Positions 42,860-55,700 of a stretch of 64,000 nt of DNA are shown in pieces. Origin of the DNA: Macrostomum lignano (Eukaryota). Location of the stretch: the NCBI GenBank assembly GCA_002269645.1, contig NIVC01002506.1, positions 1-64,000 on the forward strand, given 5' to 3'. Under the pieces are notes generated by a model. The model ran no database searches and was not told where the DNA came from. It saw nothing but the letters and a program-made list of their open reading frames with translations. Position 1 is the stretch's first letter, and every line of letters begins with the position of its first letter. A program made the position numbers and the translations under genes.

Positions 42860-43570
42860 CCTCTCTGCTCTCATTTCTCATATCTCATATACGCTCTAAC
42901 ACTCTACTTTCTTGTCTCCCATCCTTCTTTCCTCCTTTCCACTATCCCCTGTCTCTTCTCTTCTCTCTTTTCTATCCTCTTCTTTGCTCCTGTCATCTTC
43001 TCCCCTCTCTTCTCTAATCTCTAATCTCTTCTCTCTTATGTTCTCACTCATCTCTTTTTATCGCATCTGTCATCTCTCCTCTCCTCACTACTTTCCTCTC
43101 TACACTCTCTTATCTCTGATCTTTCATCTCTCTCCTCTGTCCTCTCTTTCTTCTCCTTTCGCTTCTCTCTCCTCTCTCTCCTCTCATCTCTACTACCTTA
43201 TTTATGTCTTCTCCCTGGTCTTTCTTCTGTACTCTCTCCTGTCTCCTTTCTCCCCTCTTTTCTCCTCTCTTCTCTCTCCCCTCCTCTCTCATTTCTCATC
43301 CCCCATCTCACTCTTTCGTTCTCCTCTACTCTCCCCTCTCTTCTATTTCCTCTGTATGCTCTTATCCCTCATCTATTCTCTCTCCTATAATCTCTCTTTT
43401 CTCCCTTTGCTATCTCATATCGCCCCTCTCATCTCCTCTCTCCTTCGTCCCCGCCTTACTCCCCTCTTCTCTTCCATCTGTCATGTCTAATCTCTCCACT
43501 CATTTCTACTCTGTTTTCTATCATCTCATCTCTCTTATCTTTTCATTCTTCTCTTTACTCTCTTCTCTGA
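42550..43570 (+). repeat. Pyrimidine-rich (CT) tract, related to 39700-40700
   Basis: Composition and shared sub-motifs. Confidence 0.95.
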
Positions 43571-44168
43571 CTGATTGAAGATGCCAAATCCATCAAGATC
43601 CTCGCAAATTACGTCTATTACGTCTCGCAAAACTAAGTACAATCTTTGCAGAACCTTAAAAGTATGGAAACCATTTTCTTAATTCTAAGCTTTCTTTTTC
43701 CATATTTAAAGCAAACAACTTACATCCCTGAACTCAGCATTAAAAGATCTTTCCAGCAATATAAGTGTCTCCTCTCAAAGTTTAAAACTCGAGGTACAGT
43801 TAGCGTTTAAAATTTACTGATTTCTCGACTGCTTGCTAGAGAAGCTCGCAAGAATTTCACTGCCAGGCTAATACACAGGGCGGCCTATGGAAAATGGCGC
43901 CAATAATAAAACCAATTGAATCTGGACACGTCCTTTCTATCTGTTGACACTGTACAACTGCGATGTACACTCAGCCCAAGCCCTGCCCCCCGTTCTGGGG
44001 GAATCATTAAATTTAATTGAACCCCCCAACACTATAGCTATAAACCCAGTCCGGAAAATTTGCAGTTTTCCCAAATAAGTTTCAACGCTGACTGGCCAGT
44101 AGTCTAGGAGAAAAATTGCAATACACAAAAAAACATCGCACCAACTTTAGTATAAGGAAAGAAGAAAG

Positions 44169-44172
<4 letters not shown>

Positions 44173-44222
<50 letters not shown>
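44173..44222 (+). repeat. (AG)n microsatellite
   Basis: Read directly. Confidence 0.95.
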
Positions 44223-44226
<4 letters not shown>

Positions 44227-44247
44227 AGGAGAGAAGAGAGAGAGAAG

Positions 44248-44432
44248 ACTTGAGTCTAGGAAATTAAAAGGTAGCCTAAGACATTCTCCGTAGTAAGTTT
44301 AGGGTGGGTGTAAAGTTTGGTGTAATTTAGTTGAGCGGTTTGGGAGTCCATAGCGATCAAAATTGTCCACAGACAGACAGACAGACAGAGAGACAGACAG
44401 ACACACAGATTTTTTATTTTTATATGTAGAGA
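44248..44432 (-). mobile_element. Helitron/DINE-1-like non-autonomous end. Second copy at 48020-48178
   Basis: Minus strand reads TCTCTACATATAAAAAT...(CTGT)n...GGACTCCCAAACCGCTCAAC. Both copies head a ~2-kb composite repeat ending in a CT tract. Confidence 0.6.
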
Positions 44433-44739
44433 TAGAAAGCAATGCTGTTCAGTTGTGATTAGGCTACAACAAGCTGTTGAAACCCGCGCATTTTGAACCC
44501 GGGAAACTCCAGTCCCTAGAACTATTTTTGCATGTATTCTAAAATCTGAAGTCATACTTAAACAAAAACTTTTTAATAGTTAGGAATTTAGGATAGAGTT
44601 AAACATAAAATAGAGTATATTCGTTTAAAATTAGTATTTGAAGCAAACATTAATATTGTTGGTTGGGGTGCTGCGCAGAATGTCGGGCAAACTCATGGCC
44701 TCTGCCTCTCCTTGTGTCCCTTGGAAGTTGGATCCTTAG

Positions 44740-46220
44740 AAACTTCTATCTCTACCTTCTCTTCTGTTTTCTCTCTTCTCTCTGGTCTGTGGTCTCTTCT
44801 CTCTCTCCTCTATCCCCTCTTCTCTCCTCTATTCCCTCTTATTATTTTCTCTCCTCTCCTCTCCTCTCTTGTCTCTGCTCTCTTATCTCTCCCTTTCTCC
44901 TGTTTTATCTGTTCCCATTTCTTTCTGCTCTTTATTCTATCTTCTCTCTGCTCTCTACTCTCTCTTCTCTCTGCTCTCTACTCTATCTTCTCTCTGCTCT
45001 CTACTCTATCTTTCCTCTGCTCTCTTTTCTATCTTCCCTCTGCTCTCTTTTCTATCTTCCCTCTGCTCTCTAATCTATCTTCTCTCTGCTCTCTACTCTC
45101 TTCTCTCTGCTCTCTACTCTATTCTCTCTGCTCTCTACTCTCTTCTCTCTGCTCTCTACTCTCTCTTCCCTCTCCCCTCTTCTCACTCCTTACTCTACCT
45201 TCTCCGAACACTTCTTCTCTCTCCTTTCTTCTCTCCTCCCTCCTCTGTACTCTGTACTCTCTCGTCTTTCTCCTCTCCTCTCTTCTCTCTCCTCTCTTCT
45301 ATCGTCTCTTCCCTCACCTCTCCTCTCTCGTCTTTGCTCTCTAATCTATCTCTCCTTTCTCTTCTTTTATCTTTTCTCTCTTATCTCTTCTCATTTCTCT
45401 CTGCATGCTCTCTACCTCTATCTCTCCCTCTCTCTCCTCTCCTCTCTCATCTCTCTCTCATCCTTTCCTCTCTTTCCCCTGTCCTCTCGATTCTCTCCCC
45501 TCCCCTCCTCTCTCCTCACTCACTTCTCTCTCTCCCTTTGTCTCACCTTTCATCTTTCATCTCTTATTTCTATCTATCCTTTTTTCTCTCTACTCTCCCA
45601 TCTCTCGTGTGTTCACTCTCGTCTTTGCTCTCTCAGTCTCATCTTCCCTCTCTCATCTGTCATCTTTACTCTCATATACTCGTATGTTCTCACCTCTCTC
45701 CTCTGTACTCTTCTCTTTCCCCTCATCTGACTCCTCTCTCCGCTCTCCTCTCTCCTCTCAGATATCGTGTTCACTCTCATCCCCTCTAATTTCTGTCATC
45801 TGTACTCTCCAATCTTCAGTGAACTCTTCTCTTTACCCTCTTCTGATTCCTCTCTTTCCTTACTCCTCTTCTCTTCTCTCTTCTATACTCCCTCCCCTCT
45901 ATTCTCTTCTCTCGCCTTTCTGCACTCTGCTCTCTCCTCCTTCATCTCTCATCTCTACTCTCTTCTCACTCTTCTCTACTCTCCTCTGTCATCGATCCTG
46001 TCTCATCTCTCCCATCTTCTCTATCCCTCTTCTCACTTCTACTCTTTCCTGTCCCTTCTCTCTCCCCTCCTCTCGCTTCTTACTTCAATATTATCTGCTC
46101 ACTCCTTATCCTTACCCCAACGTCTCTCTTCTTGTCTTCTATCTTTTCTCTTATCCTCCTCTCGCTTCTCCTCTCTTCTTATAGTCTATTCCTTCTCCTT
46201 TTCACTCTCATCTCATCAGC
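44740..46220 (+). repeat. Pyrimidine-rich (CT) tract
   Basis: Composition; related to 49210-50150. Confidence 0.95.
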
Positions 46221-46410
46221 TATGTGCTTGATTCTTTATCTGGCATTTGAGGTTAAAGTCTGCCAATCCCCGCTTCGAAAGCGTTTGTGGGACTTAGTGC
46301 TCTCATGGTTGTTATGCTTTAATCACATCATATTTCTGGCCAATTAGCAGCCCTGAGAGGAATTTGTGTACCTCCCTCCAGCCCAGCTCCACCACCACTC
46401 TGCAGCAGTC

Positions 46411-47168
46411 TAGTAGGGGTCACAAAATCCCGGATTCTGTCAATTCCGGGATCCCGGGATTAGGAAATGTCAAATCCCGGGATTGATATTTTTCCAGTAC
46501 CATCCTTGTTGTAACACTGTTACGACAGCTAAAGGGGTAATGCTAGTCGGGTAATCTAATATATATAACTATACTATCTAATAGTTAGACTATCTAATAT
46601 ATATCTGTCATTATTGATTACTATGCAAAGCAATATGAATGTATATACATGTATATGGTGTATTACATACTATGTAGTAGCACTAGCAGTATGCACATTG
46701 CAAAACAAATGCACATGACTAGTGGACGTGGTCGTAAAGTCGTTGGCCCGCGGCATGAGGCACACTCACAAGGAGTCACAAGGACTCACAGTCACAACAC
46801 AAGACACAACCTGAACCTACTACCGCCTGGGCATTTACGTTGTCACTTTTCAGTCTGGAGTCTGGACTCACGACTACGAGTTCAAACTTTAAAATCAAAT
46901 CTTAACGTTAAATGATTTAAACAAGACTCAACTCAAACAACATTAAAGACCTTACAAAGTGGGCAACGGAGAATGGACATGTATGAATGTATGTTCCATA
47001 TTTGAATTAACTGCCATTTTATGATAAAATACTTGCTATTATATCAGAAATTATAAAAACATGGTGTTAATGTTCCGGGATTGAATCCCGACCCTGTAAA
47101 TCCCGGGATATCGGGATCCCGGAAAAAGCCCTAAATCCCGGGATCCCGGGATTGTGACCCCCTTACTA
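46411..47168. mobile_element. MITE-like element with imperfect TIRs and subterminal CCCGGGA repeats
   Basis: TAGTAGGGGTCACAAAATCCCGG versus CCGGGATTGTGACCCCCTTACTA. No TSD resolved. Confidence 0.55.
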
Positions 47169-48393
47169 ACAACCAAGGAAATACGTATTTCTTAGGAGCC
47201 ATTTAAATTTTAAAGTACCTTATGCGAATATTAATGTTAAAATTTTCATGGTGTAACTAATTTAGTAGGATTGCATTGTAATCACTACTAATCAGTTATT
47301 CAATAATTTTTCGCTATTTTTACAAACCATCCTACATCGCCTTAATTTGCCATCCACTGTAAAACTGCTGCAGACTTGTCTATACAGGTAAAGAGGACAC
47401 TGGTTTGAATCTCTCGCTAAACTGTCATGGCTAAACGTAGCCTCTCCACGCGCGGGGTGCGGAGAAGGCTATTAAAAGTTAGTCCAAAACACTGTACATT
47501 CGCTATGTACATTGAGCCCCATCGCCTGATCCTTCGTCTGGGCTGGGGGAATGAGTAAGTGAGCGGCACAAACAACAGAAAAAGCAGACAAACTTCACAT
47601 GCTTACAGTTTCCGTCCTGATTGAGATACAGAGTTGAGACTTTACATGTATGAAGAGAATGAGTCAATAATGAATTGTGTCCAATTTGAAGTCAATCGCG
47701 TCACGTGGAGCAAAACTATGGCAGCCGAAAGTTAGGCATTTTAAAACCTATTCACATTTTTACACCCTTTGCCCAGTTCGGGAAAGAGAGGCAGGAGGTT
47801 GGGGTGCATGGCTGCCTCGCTAAAAAACACACTTTAAAAGTGCACAGCGCTGTTCAGGATTAACTTTGAGACTCGAAATTTACACGATTGTGTCAAAATA
47901 ATTGAAACTTGTCTGTGTCAAATTTGAAGAGAATCGGTAGAAGTGGAGCGGCGCTATGGAGGATTTAGTGAAAATATCGCGCATTTTGAGCAGTTTTTGT
48001 ACTTTTAGGTAGGAAGACTTGAGTCTAGGAAATTAAAAGGTAGCCTAAGACATTCTCCGTAGTAAGTTTAGGGTGGGTGTAAAGTTTAATGGCATTTGGT
48101 TGAGCGGTTTTGGAGTCCATAGCGATCAAAATTGTCCACAGACAGACAGACAGAGTTTTGATTTTTATAGGTAGAGACAAGCTGTTGAAACCCGCGGATT
48201 TTGAACCCGGGGAATTCCAATCCCGGGAACTACTTTTGCATGTATTCCTAAATCTAAGGCCATAAACAAACAAAAACTTGTTCATAGTTCGTAGGATAGA
48301 GGTAGACATAAAATGGAGCACATTCGTGTAAAATTAGGGTTTGAGGCAAACATTGATATTGTTGGCTGGGGTACTCCGAAGAATGTCAGGCAA

Positions 48394-49169
48394 TGTCTGT
48401 CTGACTCTAAAACATGTATTGCGTTGGACTGCGCCCTTCCAGTGCGTATGTACTCGTACTTGTGTATCAATTTTGCTTGCCACCCCGCCCCGTCCCCCGT
48501 CTCGCGCCCGGGCCAGGGTTTGTGAGAGGCGTAAGTCTCAACCCTGGCCTAGCCCTTTGCACCCAGCCCCCGGCCCAACCTCTGTTTAATCTGGGTGCCG
48601 ACCCTACCCCCTCCCTCGTTGCCCGCCTCACCCTGGGGCTGCTCGTATTGGCTGGCTGGTTGATAAGCCGGCTGAGCCCCAGGGTTTGGCTCGCCCTCTC
48701 CAGTCTGCCCCACCCTTTTCCCCTTTTTTGTGTATTATTTAAATGCTAGCCCTGAGCGGGCTGCGCTCCACGTTTTTCTCTATTGGTGTCCGCTCGTTGT
48801 TCATCTGCACTTTGCTCGTTCGTCTGTATTCTGCTTGTTCGTTCGCTTAACTGTTGTGATCGCTTGCGATTTGTTCGATCAAACTATTTGCTCTGGGCCA
48901 ATAAATACTTCGTTAAATTCCAAGTATCTGACTGGAGAGGTGAGCTCGAGCTTTCGTTCTTCTGGGTTGCCGCGTGGGGCCGGGATCTGCAGGGACCTGG
49001 GAACGGTGAACTCTCGCCAATCCCAGGGTGTTCGGTCAGGCGAACTCTCGCCGAACCAAGCGAGACAGGGTAGGAATAGCCGGGGTGAGGGCTGGGACCG
49101 GGGTGTCTCAGGCTGGGAAGGCCCGAACCTTGACCCGTCCAGCGGCCATTAGGCCGAGACACAACAACT
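48394..49169 (+). mobile_element. 776-bp solo-LTR-like insertion with 5-bp TSD GGCAA
   Basis: GGCAA at 48389-48393 and 49170-49174, with the empty site at ~44685. Starts TGT and has internal TATTTAAA and AATAAA, but the 3' end is CT rather than CA. Confidence 0.5.
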
Positions 49170-49209
49170 GGCAAACTCTGGCCTCTCCCTGACTCTCCCT
49201 ATGTCCCTT

Positions 49210-49862
49210 GGATCGTTTAAAATTTCTATCGTCTCTTCTGTTTCCATTCTTATCTCTCGTCCCTCGTCTCTCATTTCTCCTCTCTCTTCTCTCCTCTCTT
49301 CTCTCTTATCTTCCCTCATCTCTCTTCTCTTTCATCTCTTTTATCTCATCTCATGTCTTTTCTCTCTACTCTTTCCTCTCTCTCTCCTCTCTATTCTTTC
49401 CTCTCCTCTCTCCTCTCTACTCTTTCGTTTTCTCTCTCATCTCCTCTCTCCTATCTTCTTTCGTTTCTTCCCTCATCTCTCTTCTCTTTCATATCTGTTA
49501 ACTCATCTCTTCCCTCTTCTTTTCTCTCCCCTCTCCTCTCTCCTCTCTAATTTTTCGTTTTCTCTCTCCTTTCCTCTCTCCTCTCTCCCCCTCTTCTCTC
49601 GTCTCTTCCTTCTCCTCTCTATTCTTTTTTCTCTTCTCTTAACTCTCTCCTATACTCTCTCATCTCTCCTATCTACTCTTTCCTCTCTGTCTCCTCTCTC
49701 CCCTCTTTTCTCGTCTCCTCTCTCACCTCTTTCCTCTCTCTTTCCTCTCATCTATTTTCTTGTTTTATCTCTTCTCTCTCCCTTCGTCGCTCGTCTCTTC
49801 CCTCACCTCTCTTCTCTCTCGTCTGCGTTTTCGTCTCTCCTTTCTCTTCTTATCTCTCTCTC

Positions 49863-49916
<54 letters not shown>

Positions 49917-50150
49917 CTCTCCTCTCCCATCTCTCTTCTCCTCTCTACTCTCCTCTCTCCCCTCTTCATTCTCCTATTTCCTCTTCTCTCTCCCTGTCTC
50001 TCCTCTCTCCTCTAGTCTCTGTAATCTCTTCTCTCTTATCTCTCCTCTATTCTCTCTACTCCCCCATCTCTCGTCTGTTCACCCTCATCTCTGCTCTCTC
50101 ATCTGTCATCTTTACTCTCTCATCTCTCATTTAATATGTCTCATCTCTAC
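49210..50150 (+). repeat. Pyrimidine-rich (CT) tract including pure (CT)n at ~49866-49912
   Basis: Composition. Confidence 0.95.
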
Positions 50151-50421
50151 AATCTCACTAGTAATAGAAAATTACGTCCATACCCCAATATTTAATTGCA
50201 AAACACGTAATAAGGTACCCGTCAGAAATTTTATTACGCACATACCTTTTTTTCTATTAAAAATCAAGTAGTAAGGTACCGAACCAAACGGTAGGGTATT
50301 CTACAGGAATTGCAACTACACTGCACCGCACCCACAAAGAATCCAAAAGAAGAAAAGATCTCAATTTCGATCAACCAACCAACCAACTTGTCCAAAAGCG
50401 CACTTTCGGTATATTTCTGCA

Positions 50422-50817
50422 TTACAAGAACAGAGGCAACACATGTGCTGCAAAGCGTCGTAGGCAAAAATACGCGCGCCGAAATTCATTCCTTCGACGA
50501 GACCCACAACCAAGAATACGCGTTAAAAAGAATCGAAGGCTACCACCACCAGTCAGTTTGAAATACAAATAAAACAACACCCAAATACCACAATGACCAG
50601 TCCGAGGATCCTGAATAGCAAATCGGCTGTAGGACCAATTTTGAAAATCCCCACATTCTCGCCCCAACCACCGTCTAATATTTTCCGGTGGATTTAAACC
50701 AAGCGAATCAAAATATTTCCCGACTCTTCGTCCACGGCGCCGCCTAACCCGCCTACTACTCACCCAAACTGCAACACAATGCCTACCAGGAAGATTCGAA
50801 GTGTTTGTATTCGCCAC
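50422..50817 (-). pseudogene. Adenain-like protease remnant of a second Polinton type (family B)
   Basis: NTNTSNLPGRHCVA, YFDSLG and IQDPRTGHCG; clearly diverged from the family A protease. Confidence 0.82.
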
Positions 50818-50829
50818 AAAGAAATAGTC

Positions 50830-51770
50830 TTTATCATCTAAAGGTAATTGTTCACAAAGGCTACCAGAAGCAACCTCGGCACACCACTCGGGAACAAATT
50901 CTCGTGCGTATGACTGGACGATCCGCGCGGAATAGTAAACGTGCCAAGACTCAATCTACGTTGCGGATACAAAGCATTGTGGCTTTTCAAACCATGCGCA
51001 TGCGCTCCAGTAATCTGGGGGAGGGTCCATAAAACGAACACGCAGCTCCGCTTGAAGGATTGATATAGTATAGTCCTTCAATTCTACATCTCTCCGATTG
51101 CCGAACCACTCAGAACGAACTTACTTTTCGCCGGCAGGAACTTGAGTCGTAGTGGAGTTTTTGAGAGCATATACAGCGGCTGCCGAAACAAATCGAGGAA
51201 CAGAGGTCCAGACACAGTGCACTGTTTATTGTCCTCAATCAGAGCCTTCCGCTTCACCCGTCCACTATTTCCCGTAGTACCATCCATTTGTCCAGCAGTG
51301 TCCTTGTAAAAGCCCCAAGGAGCCAAAGCAGTCTTCTGTGCAACACTTCCATACTCCAGCAGAGTCAGTAGCATTGCCTTGTACGGATACATAAAAGTTC
51401 CACCTTCCACCACCGTGTCCCCAATATTGAATTGCACATCCTCGAAAAGACTCGCAATCGCCAAATTGATGAGGCACACGTTGTTCTTTGCCGCATCAAT
51501 AGCCGCTCCGTCAGCCTCACTCACCCGAAACTTGACACCCAAGACCGTTTCGAGAAGGTCAATATACAAATCACCTGCAGGCACTATTTTCAAACTCTAT
51601 TGGCGAACCCTGACTGATGCCATGTTGCGGTTGTATTGTGGTTTAACGACTATCCACCACACTAAACTGAACAGGCGTCGAATCGAACAGCGACAATTCA
51701 CTCTTGAGCGCAGCGATATCCGGTCCCAGCAGCTGATTCAGTATTAACGATTGACTAACCAAAAAGACTG
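50830..51770 (-). pseudogene. Major capsid protein remnant, family B (stops, frameshifts, deletions)
   Basis: KSELSLF...SPIEF, YIDL, YPYKA...LLEYG, FYKDTAG and ENLF.G.P: a different MCP type from 10357-11643. Confidence 0.85.
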
Positions 51771-51793
51771 TAGATGTTTTTCTTACTCTTCCT

Positions 51794-52037
51794 CTGACAG
51801 AATCAGAAGAAAGGGGGGTCGCACTCGCTCACAAAACGTCCTCCATAATCCCATTAAATCCATCCATATTATCCCTGACAGAATCAGAGCATAACAGGTG
51901 TCCTAGTTGCTCCGAAAACTTCGAACATAATCCTCTTAAATCCATCCATATTATCCCTGAATCAGAGGGTCCTACTCGCTCACAAAACGTCATCCATAAT
52001 CCCCCTAACCTATCCTCCTTCCTCCACGACAGAATCA
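51794..52037 (+). repeat. Orphan family A TIR subterminal repeats lacking the AGTAG tip
   Basis: CTGACAGAATCAG / CATAATCCCATTAAATCCATCC units as in 28471-28834. Confidence 0.85.
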
Positions 52038-52038
52038 G

Positions 52039-52200
52039 AGCATAACAGGTGTCCTACATCCTATATACTAAAAATGGTCTGTCTGTGTCTATCTATCTAT
52101 CTATCTATCTATCTATGTGATCGATTAGAGAAAAAATGGCTGGACCGATTTTGTTCAAACTTGCACTGTTCGATCAGAAATTTTCCCGTGACTGTACATG
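52039..52200 (+). mobile_element. Helitron-like non-autonomous 5' end
   Basis: TCCTATATACTAAAA, then CTGT/(CTAT)n and GGACCGATTTTGTTCAAACTT. Confidence 0.55.
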
Positions 52201-52700
52201 CATCGCGGCTAAGAAATTGCTCGATGCTAAAGGCATTAAATATTCGAAAAACATGCTTTTTTGCAAAGGTCAAGCAAACTTTTCGACTTGAAATGCATTG
52301 TAAGAATGCTAGAGAAAAAACTGACTGGTTGAATTCTGGTTCTGAAATAGATTGCATCATCACTGAATTGTAACTCCGACTTGAATTGAAAATGCAGTGT
52401 GGAAGCGTAGCACCAGACTTGATTTAAATTGCGTAACCATATTGTTAACTGATACTGACTGACTGAGAAACTGATTATGTCATAACTGCTTCGTGTGATT
52501 TACTCTATGCTTGGATTTTAAACTGTTGAATTATATATATATATAATTGCAAAATTTGATGTTATCAAAAAGATGAGAACTAGCCTAGAGGTGAACAGAC
52601 TGAACTGCTAAATGCAGCGACGATGGTTCGAATTTTCATAGAGTATAATTTTTTTAATTAAAGCTTTTCAACGTCAGGAAAACTAAAAGACTTTTTAAAA

Positions 52701-55700
52701 AGAAGCGTCATGTAAAAATCATAGTAGCGTCATGTAAAAAATCGTAGAAGCGTCATATAAAAAATTATAGAAGCGTCATATAAAAATCATAGATGCGTCA
52801 TTTAAAAAATCATAGAAGCATCATATAAAAATCATAGATGCGTCATTTAAAAAATCATAGAAGCATCATGTAAACAATCATAGAAGCGTCATTTAAAAAA
52901 ATCATAGAAGCGTCATATAAAAATCATAGATGCGTCATTTAAAAAATCATGGAAGCGTCATGTAAACAATCATAGAAGCGTCATGTGAAAATCATAGAAG
53001 CGTCACGTAAAGAATCATAGAAGCGTCATGTAAACAATCATAGAAGCGTCATGTAAACAATCATAGAAGCGTCATGTAAAAAATCATAGAAGCGTCATGT
53101 AAACAATTATAGAAGCGTCATGTAAAAAAATCATAGAAGCGTCATGTAAACAATCATAGAAGCGTCATGTAAACAATCATAGAAGCGTCATGTAAACAAT
53201 CATAGAAGCGTCATGTAAAAAATCGTAGAAGCGTCATTTAAAAAATCATAGAAGCGTCATGCAAAAATCATAGATGCGTCATTTAAAAAATCATGGAAGC
53301 GTCATGTAAACAATCATAGAAGCGTCATGTAAAAAATCATAGAAGCGTCATATAAAAATCATAGAAGCGTCATGTAAAAATCATAGAAGCGTCATATAAA
53401 AAATCATAGAAGCGTCATGTAAAAATCATAGAAGCGTCATGTAAACAACCATAGAAGCGTCATGTAAAAAATCATAGAAGAGTCATGTAAACAATCATAG
53501 AAGCGTCATGTAAGCAATCATAGAAGCGTCATGTAAACAATCATAGAAGCGTCATGTAAACAATCATAGAAGCGTCATGTAAGCAATCATAAAAGCATCA
53601 TGTAAACAATCATAGAAGCGTCATGTAAACAATCACAGAAGCGTCATGAAAAAATCATAGAAGCGTCATGTAAACAATCATAGAAGCGTCATGTAAACAA
53701 TCATAGAAGCATCATGTAAAAAAATCATAGTAGCGTCATGTAAACAATCATAGAAGCGTCATGTAAAGAATCATAGAAGCGTCATGTAAAAAAATCGTAG
53801 AAGCGTCATATAAAAAATCATAGAAGCATCATGTAAACAATCATAGAAGCGTCATTTAAAAAAATCATAGAAGCGTCATATAAAAATCATAGATGCGTCA
53901 TTTAAAAAATCATAGAAGCGTCATGTGAAAATCATAGAAGCGTCACGTAAAGAATCATAGAAGCGTCATGTAAACAATCATAGAAGCGTCATGTAAACAA
54001 TCATAGAAGCGTCATGTAAACAATCATAGAAGCGTCATGTAAAAAATCATAGAAGCGTCATGTAAACAATCATAGAAGCGTCATGTAAAAAAATCGTAGA
54101 AGCGTCATAATAACAATCATAGAAGCGTCATGTAAACAATCATAGAAGCGTCAAGGAAACAATCATAGAAGCGTCATATAAAAAAATCATAAAAGCGTCA
54201 TGTAAAAAATCATAGAAGCGTCATGTAAAAAATCATAGAAGCGTCATGTAAAAAATCATAGAAGCGTCATATAAAAATCATAGAAGCGTCATGTAAACAA
54301 TCATAGAAGCGTCATGTAAACAATCATAGAAGCGTCATGCAAAAATCATAGAAGCGTCATTAAAAAATCATAGAAGCGTCATATAAAAATCATAGAAGCG
54401 TCATGTAAACAATCCTAGAAGCGTCATGTAAACAATCATAGAAGCGTCATGTAAACAATCATAGAAGCGTCATGTAAACAATCATAGAAGCGTCATGTAA
54501 ACAATCATAGAAGCGTCATGTAAACAATCGTAGAAGTGTCATGTAAACAATCATAGAAGCGTCATGTAAACAATCATAGAAGCGTCATGTTAACAATCAT
54601 AGAAGCGTCATGTAAACAATCATAGAAGCGTCATGTTAACAATCATAGAAGCGTCATGTAAACAATCGTAGAAGTGTCATGTAAAAAATCATAGAAGCGT
54701 CATGTAAACAATCATAGAAGCGTCATGTAAACAATCATAGAAGCGTCATGTAAAAAATCATAGAAGCGTCATATAAAAATCATAGAAGCGTCATGTAAAT
54801 AATCATAGAAGCGTCATGTAAACAATCATAAAAGCGTCATTAAAAAAATCAGAGAAGCGTCATGTAAAAAAATCATAGAAGCGTCATGTAAACAATCATA
54901 GAAGCGTCATGTAAAAAATCATAGAAGCGTCATATAAAAATCATAAAAGCGTCATGTAAACAATCATAGAAGCGTCATATAAAAATCATAGAAGCGTCAT
55001 GTAAACAATCATAGAAGCGTCATGTAAACAATCATAGAAGCGTCATATAAAAATCATAGAAGCGTCATGTAAACAATCATAGAAGCGTCATATAAAAATC
55101 ATAGAAGCGTCATGTAAAAAATCATAGAAGCGTCATGTAAAGATCATAGAAGCGTCATGTAAAAAATCATAGAAGCGTCATGTAAAAAATCATAGAAGCG
55201 TCATATAAAAATCATAGAAGCGTCATGTAAACAATCATAGAAGCGTCATGTAAAAAATCATAGAAGCGTCATGTAAAAAATCATAGAAGCGTCATATAAA
55301 AATCATAGAAGCGTCATGTAAACAATCATAGAAGCGTCATGTTAACAATCATAGAAGCGTCATGTAAACAATCATAGAAGCGTCATGTAAACAATCGTAG
55401 AAGTGTCATGTAAAAAATCATAGAAGCGTCATGTAAACAATCATAGAAGCGTCATGTTAACAATCATAGAAGCGTCATGTAAACAATCATAGAAGCGTCA
55501 TGTTAACAATCATAGAAGCGTCATGTAAACAATCGTAGAAGTGTCATGTAAAAAATCATAGAAGCGTCATGTTAACAATCATAGAAGCGTCATGTAAACA
55601 ATCATAGAAGCGTCATGTAAACAATCATAGAAGCGTCATGCAAAAATCATAGAAGCGTCATTTAAAAAATCATAGAAGCGTCATATAAAAATCATAGAAG

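Noticed and set aside
46518-46956. Solo LTR (TGT...ACA) inside the MITE-like element
   Set aside because: No matching TSD at any boundary tried.
50160-50167. AGTAATAG as the family B terminus
   Set aside because: No inverted partner or TSD in the window.
39655-50271. Long Ser/Leu/Pro/Phe-rich ORFs (e.g. 44869-45789, 49201-50271) as membrane proteins
   Set aside because: CT-only sequence lacks stop codons in all frames; these are compositional artefacts.
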